Notes: a model not told the origin generated them from the letters alone. A stretch of 64,000 bases of DNA from an uncultured Gemmatimonadales bacterium (GCA_963741945.1 CAVUKA010000003.1:819998-883997); one strand, 5' to 3'; shown: positions 42,618 to 52,264, counted from the stretch's first letter. A program made the numbers and translations.

Positions 42618-43133
42618 TCAGCCGTCGCGCTCCCCGTAGAGGAGGACCAGCCGGGCGACGACCGGCTCGAGCGCGCTGCCGGCCCGGCCGATCGCCGGCG
42701 CGTCCCCGGCATCGACGGCGCGGGCGAGCTCGTCCAGCGCCGCCCGCTCCGCCGCCAGCAGCCCCGCGCGCCGCGCGACCAGCGCCGGCGTCAGGCCGTA
42801 CACGGCGTCGTGGGGCGCCGCCTCCACCGCGGACCACCGCTCCATGGCCTCGGGGAGCGCCGCCCGGATCTCCGCCACGGCTTCAGGCCCGGGCCCCGCC
42901 ATGCCGCCGGACTGCGACGCGCGCACGATCGCTTCCATGGGCGCGTGGTAGGCCGTCACGGCGGACGGTACCGCGGGCGCGGCCCCGTCCGTCGCGCTAG
43001 CCCGCGTCCACGCCCCGTGGCCCACCGTGTAGATCACCAGCACCAGCATGATCAGGAACGGGAGAGGGATCCCCCGGATCGACGGGCACGCCCCTCCACC
43101 CGTCCCGCACGATTCACCCGCCTGCTGGCTCAT
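42618..43133 (-). CDS. Hypothetical protein with one TM segment and helical domain
   Basis: GIPLPFLIMLVLVIYTV hydrophobic segment; lies downstream of the cytochrome gene. Confidence 0.55.
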   Translation of the reverse strand: MSQQAGESCGTGGGACPSIRGIPLPFLIMLVLVIYTVGHGAWTRASATDGAAPAVPSAVTAYHAPMEAIVRASQSGGMAGPGPEAVAEIRAALPEAMERWSAVEAAPHDAVYGLTPALVARRAGLLAAERAALDELARAVDAGDAPAIGRAGSALEPVVARLVLLYGERDG

Positions 43134-43265
43134 CCCCCGCGCCTCCGCGCTGCGGCCGGCCCGCATCGGCCGACGTTTCACACTGGATTCCCAAACGGGA
43201 ATATAGCCCCTGCGCCGCGCGGGAGGCAGGGGCGTAGGCCGCGGCCCGCGCCGGGCCGGCCCCGG

Positions 43266-44567
43266 TCACCGGTTGCTGTTGGTCCACGTGTACGCGTGGG
43301 GCCATTCGCTGGTCCGGGTGGAGATGGCCGTGTGACAGACGTGACACGCGTTCTGCCGCTCGGGATGGGAGCCGCCGTGCACTTCGGCGAAATCGCCGCC
43401 CGCGCCCTCACCGCGCGAGTTCCCGTGGCACACGCCACAGCTCCCGATGCTCTTGGCGCCGCCCTGGTAGTGGAGCGCCTGGTAGTTGTCGATGGCCACG
43501 CTCGTGGGGACCATGGCGTGCGGGCTCCCGTGACACCCCGCGCAGGCGACGCCGCCGTGCCCCGTGGAGTTCCGGTAGAGCGTGGCGCCCGTGGCCACGC
43601 CTTCCACGCCCGAATGGCAGTCCGAGCAGGCGGGCTCACCGGCCCAGGGCGTCCGCCCCCGGGCGATGGACGCGGCCACTTCAGCCATGGTCCCGTGGCA
43701 GGTGGTGCAGTTCCCGTCTGAGCCGGTGTGGGCGATGCTCCGGGAGCACTGCGTGCTCGGCCCGGGGTGGCAGTCGTAGCACTCGGCTCCCTTGTCGGCG
43801 TGGAAGGAATGGATGGCGTACGACAGGTACTCGCCCGAGGAGCCGGGCGAGGTCTGGCCGAGCGCCGGGTCGCCGTGGCAGTCGGCGCACAGGACGGGCG
43901 TGGCGGCCAGGAGGTTCGTTCCGCTCTCCTCGTCGTGCTTCGCGAGGACATCGGCGAACGCGTTGTCGCCGTGGCAGTGGTCGCAGCGGATCTCGTCCGA
44001 GGTCGGCACGGTGGCGTGGGTCTCCACGAGAACGTTGTTCGACGCGTCCTTCACCGTGACCACGCCCACCTGGTAGGGGTTCCACGTGCCGTCGTCCTCC
44101 ACGGGCGTGACCGGGATGGCGTCGGCGACGAACCGGTCGCCCGCCGCGGTCATGGTACCGGAGAGCCCGAACCCCTGAAGACCCACGTCGTGGGGCAGGC
44201 TGTTGAAGCCGAACATGTCGCCGAACAGCACCACCGCGTTGTCCCAGAACTCGCCGTACTCCCGCTTTCCGTACGAGTACGTGTTGTCCTGGATCCGGTA
44301 CTCGACCGTGACGCCGGTAGTCACGATCTCCGGCGGGTCGCCTCGCCGGATCACCTGCGCCACGAGGTTGTTGTAGGGCGGGAGTATGACCAGCTCGTCG
44401 TACGTGGGGTTCAGGCAGTGCATCCCGAGATCGTTCCAGGCGACCACCACGTAGTCACCCGGCTGGATCCCGCCCGGGCCGGTGGCGTCGCCGCCACAGC
44501 CGGAGACGCCCAGGACCAGGAAGGGTGCGAAGACTGCCGCTCTGCACCTGCCGCCGTTCAACGACAT
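43266..44567 (-). CDS. Multiheme (8 CxxCH) c-type cytochrome lipoprotein
   Basis: CDHCH, CADCH, CYDCH, CTTCH, CSDCH, CAGCH, CGVCH, CHVCH; lipobox VSGC; NDLGMHC motif. Confidence 0.92.
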   Translation of the reverse strand: MSLNGGRCRAAVFAPFLVLGVSGCGGDATGPGGIQPGDYVVVAWNDLGMHCLNPTYDELVILPPYNNLVAQVIRRGDPPEIVTTGVTVEYRIQDNTYSYGKREYGEFWDNAVVLFGDMFGFNSLPHDVGLQGFGLSGTMTAAGDRFVADAIPVTPVEDDGTWNPYQVGVVTVKDASNNVLVETHATVPTSDEIRCDHCHGDNAFADVLAKHDEESGTNLLAATPVLCADCHGDPALGQTSPGSSGEYLSYAIHSFHADKGAECYDCHPGPSTQCSRSIAHTGSDGNCTTCHGTMAEVAASIARGRTPWAGEPACSDCHSGVEGVATGATLYRNSTGHGGVACAGCHGSPHAMVPTSVAIDNYQALHYQGGAKSIGSCGVCHGNSRGEGAGGDFAEVHGGSHPERQNACHVCHTAISTRTSEWPHAYTWTNSNR

Positions 44568-44800
44568 GCCACGGCCCTCCTTCCGGAGATCGATTCGGAG
44601 ACCCGCCGGATCCCGGCCGCTGCGGGCAGGCCGGCGGGTGCGAGAACGCGCCCGCCTTCAGACCGCGCACCGTCAAAGTACGGCGGACGCGCGCCACCGG
44701 ATACAGGGAGGACCGGGGGGGTGTCGCCGGGGGTGTCGGCGCGAGTGCTGCATCGCCCCGGATCCCGTGGCACGCGCCCCCATCCTGAACGGGAGTGACC

Positions 44801-45523
44801 ATGGACCGGTTCCTCGACATCCTGCCGTACGCCGGCGGCGCGGCGGCCGCGGCGCTGGTCGGCGGCCTCGTCGCAGCGCTGTGGCAGCCGCCGAGGCGAT
44901 GGCAGAGCTACATCCAGCACTTCGCGGCGGGGCTCGTCATCGCCGCCGTGGCCGTGGAGATGCTGCCGGAGATCGAGCGCCTCCACGCGAACGGCTGGCT
45001 CATCGTCGGCAGCTTCGCCGCGGGCGGTGTCGTCATGGTCGGGCTGAAGTGGCTGACGCACCGGATCGAATCCCGGGCCGAAGGGACCGCGGAGGCGTTC
45101 GGCCTGGCCGCGGCGTCCGGGTTCGACACCATGATCGATGGCCTCACCATCGGGGGCAGCTTCGTCGCCGGACAGCGGATGGGCTTCATCCTCGCCGTCG
45201 CCCTCGGCGTCGAGCTCCTGTTCCTCACCCTCTCCCTCGGCTCGGAGTTCCGGAGCAAGGGCGTAGGCGCGCTGCGCGCCGGCGCCACCGCCGCGTCGCT
45301 GGCGCTGCCGCTGCTGCTGGGCGCCTTCCTCGGCGTGCTCGTGCTCGGAGGCGCGCCGGAGGGTGCGCTCGCCGCGTCACTCTCCTTCGGCGCCGCCGCG
45401 CTCATCTACCTCGTCACGGAGGAGCTGCTCGTGGAGGGGCACGAGGCGGCCGAGACGCTGGCGTCCACAGCCTTCCTCTTCCTGGGCTTCCTCGGCCTGC
45501 TCGCCCTGCGGCTGCTGGGGTAG
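44801..45523 (+). CDS. ZIP family metal transporter
   Basis: QHFAAGLV.AAVAVEMLPE, FGAAALIYLVTEELLVEGHE. Confidence 0.85.
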   Translation: MDRFLDILPYAGGAAAAALVGGLVAALWQPPRRWQSYIQHFAAGLVIAAVAVEMLPEIERLHANGWLIVGSFAAGGVVMVGLKWLTHRIESRAEGTAEAFGLAAASGFDTMIDGLTIGGSFVAGQRMGFILAVALGVELLFLTLSLGSEFRSKGVGALRAGATAASLALPLLLGAFLGVLVLGGAPEGALAASLSFGAAALIYLVTEELLVEGHEAAETLASTAFLFLGFLGLLALRLLG

Positions 45524-45650
45524 GAGAGCGACCCGCCTGCGCCGCCGACACGGACCACCACCGAGTCCTCTCTTTCACCGCGTTCGGAGCGGCATCTGCG
45601 TCGATCCAGATCTTCACGCCGGAACGTACTCCCAGAGCACGAGGACCCGC

Positions 45651-46784
45651 ATGCCCGATTTCCCCGACGCGAAGCAGCTGTTCACCACACTCACGGACCA
45701 CGCCACCCTGGTCCTCTCCATCGAGCCCGACCCGGTGGACCCTCCTTCGGACGACGAGGTGATCGTCCGGATCGAGGCGGTCCCCATCAATCCCAGCGAC
45801 CTCGGCCTCCTCCTCGCCCCCGCCGACATGGCGACGCTGCGCCGCGACACCGTGGACGGGCACCCCGCCCTCGTCGCCGACGTCCAGCCCCGCATGGCGC
45901 GCTTCTTCGCCGACCGCGCGGCGAAGAAGCTGAACGCCGGCAACGAGGGGGCCGGCACCGTGGTGGCCGCGGGGTCGTCGGACGCGGCGAGGGCGTTGGT
46001 GGGACGGACCGTGAGCCTGGTGGGCGGCGGCCTCTACCGCACCCACGCGCGCGCCACGGCCGGTCGGGTCGTGCCGCTCCCCGACGGCGCGCCAGCCGTG
46101 GAGGGCGCGTCGCTGTTCGTGAATCCCATGACCGTGCAGGGGTTCCTGAACACCATGCGCGCGGAGGGGCACGCGTCGCTGATCCACACGGCGGCGGCGT
46201 CCAACCTGGGCCAGATGCTGGCGAAACTGTGCCTGCGGGAGGGCGTCCCGCTGGTCGCCATCGTCCGCTCGGACGCGCAGAAGGAGATCCTCACCGGGAT
46301 CGGCGTGACGCACGTCCTGGACAGCTCGAAGGACGGCTTCATGGACCGCCTCGTCGACGCTCTCGCCGGGACCGGAGCGACGCTCGCCTTCGACGCCATC
46401 GGCGGTGGCCGGATGGCCAGCCGCATCCTCGTCGCCATGGAGCGGGCGCAGGTGAGGCGCGGCGCCGAAGTCGGCAGCTACGGCACGACCGTGCCCAAGC
46501 AGGTCTACATCTACGGCCGCCTCGACACGGGCGAGACGGTCCTGACCGGCGCCTGGGGCATGACCTGGGGCGTGGGCGGCTGGCTCCTGGGGCCGCACCT
46601 CGAGGCCGTGGGCCCCGAGCGGGCGCTGGAGATGCGCCGCTTCGCCGTGGCGGAGCGCAACGGCATCTTCGCCAGCCACTACACCGACACCATCAGCCTC
46701 GAGGACATGATCGACCCGGACATCGCACGCGCCTACCAGCGGAAGGCCACGGGGCAGAAGTACCTGGTGGATCCCAGCCAGTGA
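45651..46784 (+). CDS. MDR-superfamily (zinc-binding dehydrogenase-like) oxidoreductase
   Basis: PINPSDLG, GNEGAG, FVNPMT, HTAAASNLG. Confidence 0.88.
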   Translation: MPDFPDAKQLFTTLTDHATLVLSIEPDPVDPPSDDEVIVRIEAVPINPSDLGLLLAPADMATLRRDTVDGHPALVADVQPRMARFFADRAAKKLNAGNEGAGTVVAAGSSDAARALVGRTVSLVGGGLYRTHARATAGRVVPLPDGAPAVEGASLFVNPMTVQGFLNTMRAEGHASLIHTAAASNLGQMLAKLCLREGVPLVAIVRSDAQKEILTGIGVTHVLDSSKDGFMDRLVDALAGTGATLAFDAIGGGRMASRILVAMERAQVRRGAEVGSYGTTVPKQVYIYGRLDTGETVLTGAWGMTWGVGGWLLGPHLEAVGPERALEMRRFAVAERNGIFASHYTDTISLEDMIDPDIARAYQRKATGQKYLVDPSQ

Positions 46785-46794
46785 GTCTGCGCGG

Positions 46795-47170
46795 GGGGCT
46801 CATGGCGGAATCCGGGCGCCCGCCCCGCGGGTCCGCCACGTCGCCCCGGTAGCGCGGGATCACGTGGATGGGCGCGTGTCCCACCGTCTGCCCCGCCGCC
46901 TCGCCGTCGTTGACCCCGATGTTGAACCCATCCGGCGCATGCGACGCCGCCAGCGCCCGCCGCACCTCGCCCGCCAGCGCCCACAGCTCCGCCCGTTCCC
47001 CTGGGTCGAGGTCCCAGAGCCTGGCCACGTGGCGCCCCGGTACGACGAGGGTGTGGCCGTCGGCGAAGGGGGAAGGCGTCGCGGAGGGCGAGGCCGTGGG
47101 TGGAGCGGAGGACCACGCGGTCCGGGGCGACGTCGCAGAAGGGGCAGGGTCCGACGGGCGGAGCCTTCAG
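46795..47170 (-). pseudogene. HIT family pseudogene (paralog of 50314-50706)
   Basis: CPFC N-terminus, frameshift in a C-run near 47070, HxHxH altered to HAPIH, C-terminus diverges after DPRGG. Confidence 0.85.
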
Positions 47171-47409
47171 TATTCCCGCTGCAGCGAGTCCAGCACCGCC
47201 GCTCGCCGCGCCGCGGCGTCCGACGCTTCCAGCGCCCCCTTCACCCCCCGCGCGCCGGGGAGGCGCGACTCGCCGATCGCGCTGTCCACCTGCCGCTGCG
47301 TCACCGAGTCCGGGCGCGCCGATGACGACGCCGGCGCGCCCCCGGAGCAGGCCGCGAGGGCGGGAATGCTCGTGGCGAGCAGGAGGGCAAGCGCGGTGCG
47401 ACGTCGCAT
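47167..47409 (-). CDS. Small lipoprotein
   Basis: MRRRTALALLL...LAAC lipobox; AGGAG RBS. Confidence 0.75.
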   Translation of the reverse strand: MRRRTALALLLATSIPALAACSGGAPASSSARPDSVTQRQVDSAIGESRLPGARGVKGALEASDAAARRAAVLDSLQREY

Positions 47410-47796
47410 GGTCTGGCTCCTGTCAGGATCGGGGGTATGGTCGCGCTGGTTGCACGCTCCTCGATAATAGGAACCGGGGAAAGGTGGGGCGAGAACTCGC
47501 CCACCGAAGCCGTTCAGGCCGTCCGCGTCTCCGGCGGCACGATCTCCGTCCCCTGCCGCAGGCGACGCCGCCCTGGCGCGGGATCGCTCCACCCGCCGCC
47601 GAGCTCGCCCGGGCCGGCGGCGGCGGGCGACGGCGTCGCATGGGGGCGCTCGGCCACGGCCAGCCACAGGCTCCGGCCGGGCTCCGCGGTGAGGTCGTAC
47701 GTGCGGCCGATCAATCCTCCCACGGCGCCATCTCGGTGCGACGGAGCCGCTCGATCCGGTCGCGGAAGGCCTGCTGGCGCCCGGAACCGTTCAATC

Positions 47797-48036
47797 ATGG
47801 CCACGAACGAGGAACGCATGTCCGTCGATGAGCTGGAGGCAGAAGCGCTGAAGCTGTCTGCCGACGATCGCGAGCGGCTCGCGATCCTGCTGCTCTCGAG
47901 TGTCGAGTCGAAGCTGGAGTTCGAGGCTGAATGGATCGAGGAAGTCGAGCGGCGGGCCCGAGAGATCGATAAGGGTGTCGTCGAGACGATCCCGGCCGAC
48001 CAGGTCCTCCGCAAGGCACTGGACCGCCTGAAGTGA
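47797..48036 (+). CDS. Addiction module antitoxin (TIGR02574-like), orphan
   Basis: EAEALKLSADDRERLA..LL.S, W.EEVERRA.EI..G.V.TIP. Confidence 0.85.
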   Translation: MATNEERMSVDELEAEALKLSADDRERLAILLLSSVESKLEFEAEWIEEVERRAREIDKGVVETIPADQVLRKALDRLK

Positions 48037-48047
48037 GCCCGCCGCCT

Positions 48048-48317
48048 TCACCCCATCCACGCCGGCCGCGCGATCCCATACAGAACGTCGGGATCGATGT
48101 CGGCACCATTAGGCCACACGATGGTTCCCAGCTCCCGGTCCACCTCCACCGCTTCGAAGAAGCCGCGATCCTTCCGTACGCGCTCAAAGATCGGTCCCCG
48201 CAGGAACGGCTCGACGTCGATCACCTTCTCCGTCCCGTCGCTGAACCCGACGCGGAGCCGGTATCCCTCGCCCGGTGTCACTCTATCGACGCGTACCATC
48301 AGCACACTCCGTCTCAT
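48048..48317 (-). CDS. DUF2442 domain protein
   Basis: YRLRVGFSDG, GPIFE, GTIVWPNGADIDPDVLY. Confidence 0.88.
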   Translation of the reverse strand: MRRSVLMVRVDRVTPGEGYRLRVGFSDGTEKVIDVEPFLRGPIFERVRKDRGFFEAVEVDRELGTIVWPNGADIDPDVLYGIARPAWMG

Positions 48318-48490
48318 TCGAGCCCCGCGATCCGCTCGAGGGGCTCACCGTGTCGTGCCGCCTCCCAGTTGTTCCGCAGCTCCAGCACCGTGGCCTCGTG
48401 CTCCCCGTACTTCGCGTGGAAGTGCGGCGGCGCATGATCATTGTAATACATCGCAATGGTGATTCCGAAGAACTCGCTGATTCTCGGCAC
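48314..48490 (-). pseudogene. DUF4160 protein with apparent internal in-frame deletion
   Basis: PRISEFFGITIAMYYNDHAPPHFHAKY joined almost directly to LELRNNWE..IAGLE; only 58 aa. Confidence 0.7.
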
Positions 48491-48570
48491 GACACGCCCG
48501 TGGCTCGGTTCCAGGGCCACGCTGTCCTTGGGATCGGGGCAGATCCATGGCAGAATCAGACGAGCTCATG

Positions 48571-48800
48571 GTCACTCCCCCGCCCTCTTCGCCTTCGCGA
48601 TCCGCACCAGTGCCCTCGCCTGTGGTGCAGTTGCCAAGCCGAATCCAGATGACCTTGGGCGGTGGTCCGTGCAGGAAGCTTCGCTGGTGGAAGTCCGAGT
48701 CCTTGGAAACGATCGTGAAGCCGTGCGCGGATCCAGGGTACAGCTCAGCAAGCGAAGCGATCAGCCTCGGGGAGAGGTTCTGATCGAGGAGGAGCTTCAC
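48571..48800 (-). pseudogene. DUF5615 PIN-like toxin with internal deletion and scrambled C-terminus
   Basis: KLLLDQNLSPRL..SAH joined directly to GFTIVSKDSDF..PPKVIWIRLGNCTT. Confidence 0.78.
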
Positions 48801-49027
48801 GCCGCAGGAGGATCGGACGCCAGTTTACGCTCGCGGTCGGCGGCGAAGGCGAGGCATGCCCGGATATCGTCACTGGTGAGGTCCGGAAAGTCCGAAAGGA
48901 TCTCCCCCTCGGTCATACCGCCCGCCAAGTAGTCGAGGACGTCGTAAACGGTGATCCGCATTCCGCGGATACAGGGTTTGCCGCCCCTCTTACCGGGCTC
49001 GATGGTGATGATATCGCGGTAGTCCAT
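48797..49027 (-). CDS. DUF433 antitoxin
   Basis: ITIEPGKRGGKPCIRGMRITVYDVL..LA.GM...EILSDFPDL...DIRACLAFAA. Confidence 0.92.
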   Translation of the reverse strand: MDYRDIITIEPGKRGGKPCIRGMRITVYDVLDYLAGGMTEGEILSDFPDLTSDDIRACLAFAADRERKLASDPPAA

Positions 49028-49035
49028 ACCTGACG

Positions 49036-50317
49036 CTAAGCCGTCCGATCCCCCGGGACAAGCTTGCGTCCCTGGTGCCATCTCGACCTCCTGATTGCAG
49101 GTTTCCGCTCAATCTCCTCAGAAGATACGCGCTGGGCCGGAAGCTTCCATGGCGTAACGGGTCGAGTGCCGGTCGGCACGGGCAGCTCCCGGGCGAGGCG
49201 CTGGGTGTCGGCCCGGAGGTCGGCGTCGCGCTCGGCCCAGAGGGTGTCGGAGGCATCGCGGACGGTCCACGGCAGCACCTCCTGCCACTCCGCCGTCAGC
49301 GGCTCCAGCACCTTCCCCCTCACCCACACCTGCCCGCCCGCCCGCGCCACCTGGTCGTAGGCCCAGCGCGTGATCCTGAGCGACGCCTCCCGGTCGTGCG
49401 CCACGCCGGCCGCCGCGAACCGCCTCGGGCAGCTCGTACAGCTGATTGCGATTGCGTTCGTCCCAGCGGCGCAGGTGATCGACGGCGGCCAGGCGGTCGC
49501 CCTTGCGGCCGTTACAGGTCGGGTGCGCGAGGACGAAGTTGTGGCCGAGGTCGAAGGGGTAGCGGCGCCAGGGGACGAAGTGGTCCACGGCGACGTCGCC
49601 CCGCATGCGCCCGTCGCAGTAGAAGCACCGGCCGTCCTGGATGTCGTCGAGTAGGTCCCGGTAGGTGGAGAGGTCCCGGCGGTCGCTGCCGAACAGGAAC
49701 CAGCGAAGCTCCGCCTCCGGCCCGAGCAGGTGCACGTTGGTGCGGCGGATGTACCCGGTCCACGCCCCCTGCACCATCTCGACGATCATCGAGTAGAAGC
49801 GCCGGAAGCACCAGGCGACGCCGGGCTTCAGCGTGATCTCCCGCGGGTTCTCCCGTTCCCGGTGCTCGTAGAGGAACTCGACGCGCTCGTCGCCGATGGT
49901 CTGGAGCTTCCAGAGCGGCATGCGACGGACTGTGTCCTCCACCGTCCGGAGCAGCCGCGGCCACGCCTCGCTCGCCTCGACGCGGCCCAGCCGGGCGTCG
50001 TACCGCGCCCGGGCTTCCCTAACCTCCCGCACCACCGCGGCCTGGCGCCCGGTGTTCTGCTTGAGCGGCTCCGTGCCCGCGGTGCCGGGAAAGGGAGCGA
50101 CCTGGCGCCAGTACAGGCGGACGAACTGGTCGGCGAGGTCGCGCGTGGCGAGGGTGAGGGGGGCGCCGGAGTCGTCGCCCTGGAGCACGCACAGGTCGGC
50201 AATGGCGTGGAGCAGCGCGTACTTGTAGCTGGCGACGAAGCTGCCCTCGTCCAGCAGCCGCTGGAGCCGGGCCAGGAACTCGAGCTGCGCCTCCGCGCTG
50301 GGGACGGCCGGGATCAC
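49036..50317 (-). pseudogene. HNH endonuclease with N-terminal SYK domain; +1 frameshift near 49423
   Basis: GSFVASYKYALL, CFYC...VDHFVPW..YP.DLGHNFVLAHPTCNGRK; after LPE the C-terminus RFAAAGVAHD.. continues in another frame. Confidence 0.8.
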
Positions 50318-50706
50318 CCGTCCCCCCAGTACCGCGCCCGCTCCGGGATCACCCAGCGGATCCCGCCCCGGGGGTCCGCCACGTCGCCCGCGTAGCGCGG
50401 GATCACGTGGATGTGCGCGTGCGCCACCGTCTGCCCCGCCGCCTCGCCGTCGTTCACCCCAAGGTTGAACCCGTCCGGACCATGCGACGCCGCCAGCGCC
50501 TCCCTCACCTCGCCCACCAGCGCCCACAGGTCCGCCCGCTCCTCCGGCGCGAGGTCGAAGAGGCTGGCGACGTGGCGGTGCGGGACGACCAGGGTGTGGC
50601 CGTCGGAGACGGGCCAGGCGTCGCGGAGGGCGCGGCCGTGGGCGGAGGCGTGCAGGACGCGGGAGGCGGGCAGGCCGCAGAACGGGCACTCGGTCGGATG
50701 GCTCAT
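50314..50706 (-). CDS. HIT family protein
   Basis: CPFC, GHTLVVP.RH, AAGQTVAHAHIHVIPR; stop overlaps the HNH start (GTGA). Confidence 0.93.
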   Translation of the reverse strand: MSHPTECPFCGLPASRVLHASAHGRALRDAWPVSDGHTLVVPHRHVASLFDLAPEERADLWALVGEVREALAASHGPDGFNLGVNDGEAAGQTVAHAHIHVIPRYAGDVADPRGGIRWVIPERARYWGDG

Positions 50707-50834
50707 GATGTCCCGACCCACCATGGCTGTGCCCCACCCCGCGCGCAACGCTCGGTCGACAGGTTGCGCATATACAAAGTCCAGTATAGGCTCGGATGAC
50801 GGAAGCGGCCGTGCTGTTGAATCGGGAGGTTCCA

Positions 50835-51134
50835 ATGCCTGAGTTCACGTACTCGAGCGGGAACGTCTTCGAGGATCTCGGCTTCTCGAAGGAAGAAGCG
50901 GAGAACCTGAAGGTGCGGTCCGTGCTCATGGCGGGCATCCGGCGGATCATCGAGGCGGAAGGCATCACGCAGAAGGAAGCCGCGGAGCGATTCGGCGTCA
51001 CTCAGCCGCGGATCAGCGATCTGGTCCGCGGCAAGATCGAGCTGTTCAGCATCGACGCGTTGATCAACATGCTCGCCGCGGCCGGGCACCATGTGGAGAT
51101 CTCGGTGAGCGGCGGCAGCGATCGGGCGGCCTGA
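50835..51134 (+). CDS. XRE-family HTH antitoxin (HigA-like), orphan
   Basis: SSGNVFEDLGF, TQKEAAERFGVTQPRISDLVRGKIELFSIDAL; GGAGG RBS. Confidence 0.88.
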   Translation: MPEFTYSSGNVFEDLGFSKEEAENLKVRSVLMAGIRRIIEAEGITQKEAAERFGVTQPRISDLVRGKIELFSIDALINMLAAAGHHVEISVSGGSDRAA

Positions 51135-51232
51135 CGGGTCGGCCATGGTGCACCCAATTTCCACCGGCAGGAGCCTTGGCCGGACCTTTGCCCCCGGTGT
51201 ATCTTCGGGACCTGGTACACCTGGGAGGCACA

Positions 51233-51790
51233 CTGAACACCACCTATCTCGCCCGCGGCCTCTATTCAGTGCCGGCCGCCGCCCGGCTCATCGACACGAA
51301 GCCCGACACGATCCGACGCTGGGCGTTGGCTACGAGCGCGGTGGCCGTTGGCACGACCCGGCGATTCATACCGACCTCGATGAGCTGGGCGGTGAGCCGG
51401 TCCTGACCTTCCTGGAGCTGGTCGAGTTGCTGTTCATCCATGGGCTGCGGGCATCGGGGCACTTCCCCCTGGGATCTACGCCCTGTTGGAGCGCGAGGAC
51501 CGGGGCGACCTGCTGGTTGAGCTCAAGGGAGCCGGTCAAATCGCGATGTGGCCCGCGTTGCACCGGTACCTCGAGCAGCTCGAGTTCGGCCTGGACGAGA
51601 TTGCGAGCCGCTGGTATCCCGCTGGACGCGCCTCTCCCATTGTCGTCGATCCCCGAATTTCAACTTGGCAGGGGCGCAACCGACGAGCAGATCGTCACCT
51701 TCGCGGGCGAGTGGGACTATCGCATCGTCGGCCGCGACCGCGCGATGCTCAAGCGGTCGAGATCTCTGCGGCTGAAGGCAGGCTCGGGGT
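51233..51790 (+). pseudogene. Fragmented HTH/DUF433-type antitoxin plus PIN toxin remnant (VapBC45-like)
   Basis: Pieces in three frames: GLYSVPAAARL..TIRRW, LTFLELVEL.FI..LR, RWYP....IVVDPRI, then GATDEQIV..AGE....V.RD. Confidence 0.6.
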
Positions 51791-51808
51791 GTGACAGCGA
51801 GGTCCGGA

Positions 51809-52135
51809 TCAGGCCGTGCGCCGCTCCGAAGCCACGATTCGACCCAGTTCCCGGCGGCTCGCCCCCAGTGAGAGCAGCGAGCGGATCAGGAGGTCGACGG
51901 TCACGCTGGCATCCGCGGTTTCCATCCTGGAGACCCGGGACTGACTGGATCCGAGACGCCGCGCCAGCTCGGCCTGCGACAGCCCTGCGCGCTCACGTTC
52001 GCGCCGCAGGCTGTCACTCAACGCGAGCTTGAGGTCGACGTACGCGGCCTCTTCCGCGGATAGGTCCAGAAGCTCCGCCGCGGAGCCGACCGCCCAACCC
52101 GTCTCACGCAATCTCTTCCTGGTGGCGTCTTTCAT
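51809..52135 (-). CDS. XRE-family HTH antitoxin
   Basis: GWAVGSAAELL.L, LSQAELARRLGSSQSRVSRME. Confidence 0.88.
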   Translation of the reverse strand: MKDATRKRLRETGWAVGSAAELLDLSAEEAAYVDLKLALSDSLRRERERAGLSQAELARRLGSSQSRVSRMETADASVTVDLLIRSLLSLGASRRELGRIVASERRTA

Positions 52136-52264
52136 GATCCTCCCACCGCTTCGTCGTAGCGCCGGAAGCAATGACTGCAGCGTTTCAGCACGCGATTCGG
52201 CGTCCGCGTCGTCGTCTTCTCAAATACATCGCCGATGATCACCGCGTCGGGGTCGACGCGGTAG
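52132..52264 (-). pseudogene. 3' remnant of RelE/Gp49-like toxin, truncated by IS3 end
   Basis: YRVDPDAVIIGDVFEKTT.RTP..V...C..R.YD; stop overlaps the antitoxin ATG. Confidence 0.75.

Noticed and set aside
47700-52264. Integron cassette array explaining the many small TA genes
   Set aside because: No integrase is present, genes are in mixed orientations, and I could not find recurring attC cores by eye; an IntegronFinder run would be decisive.
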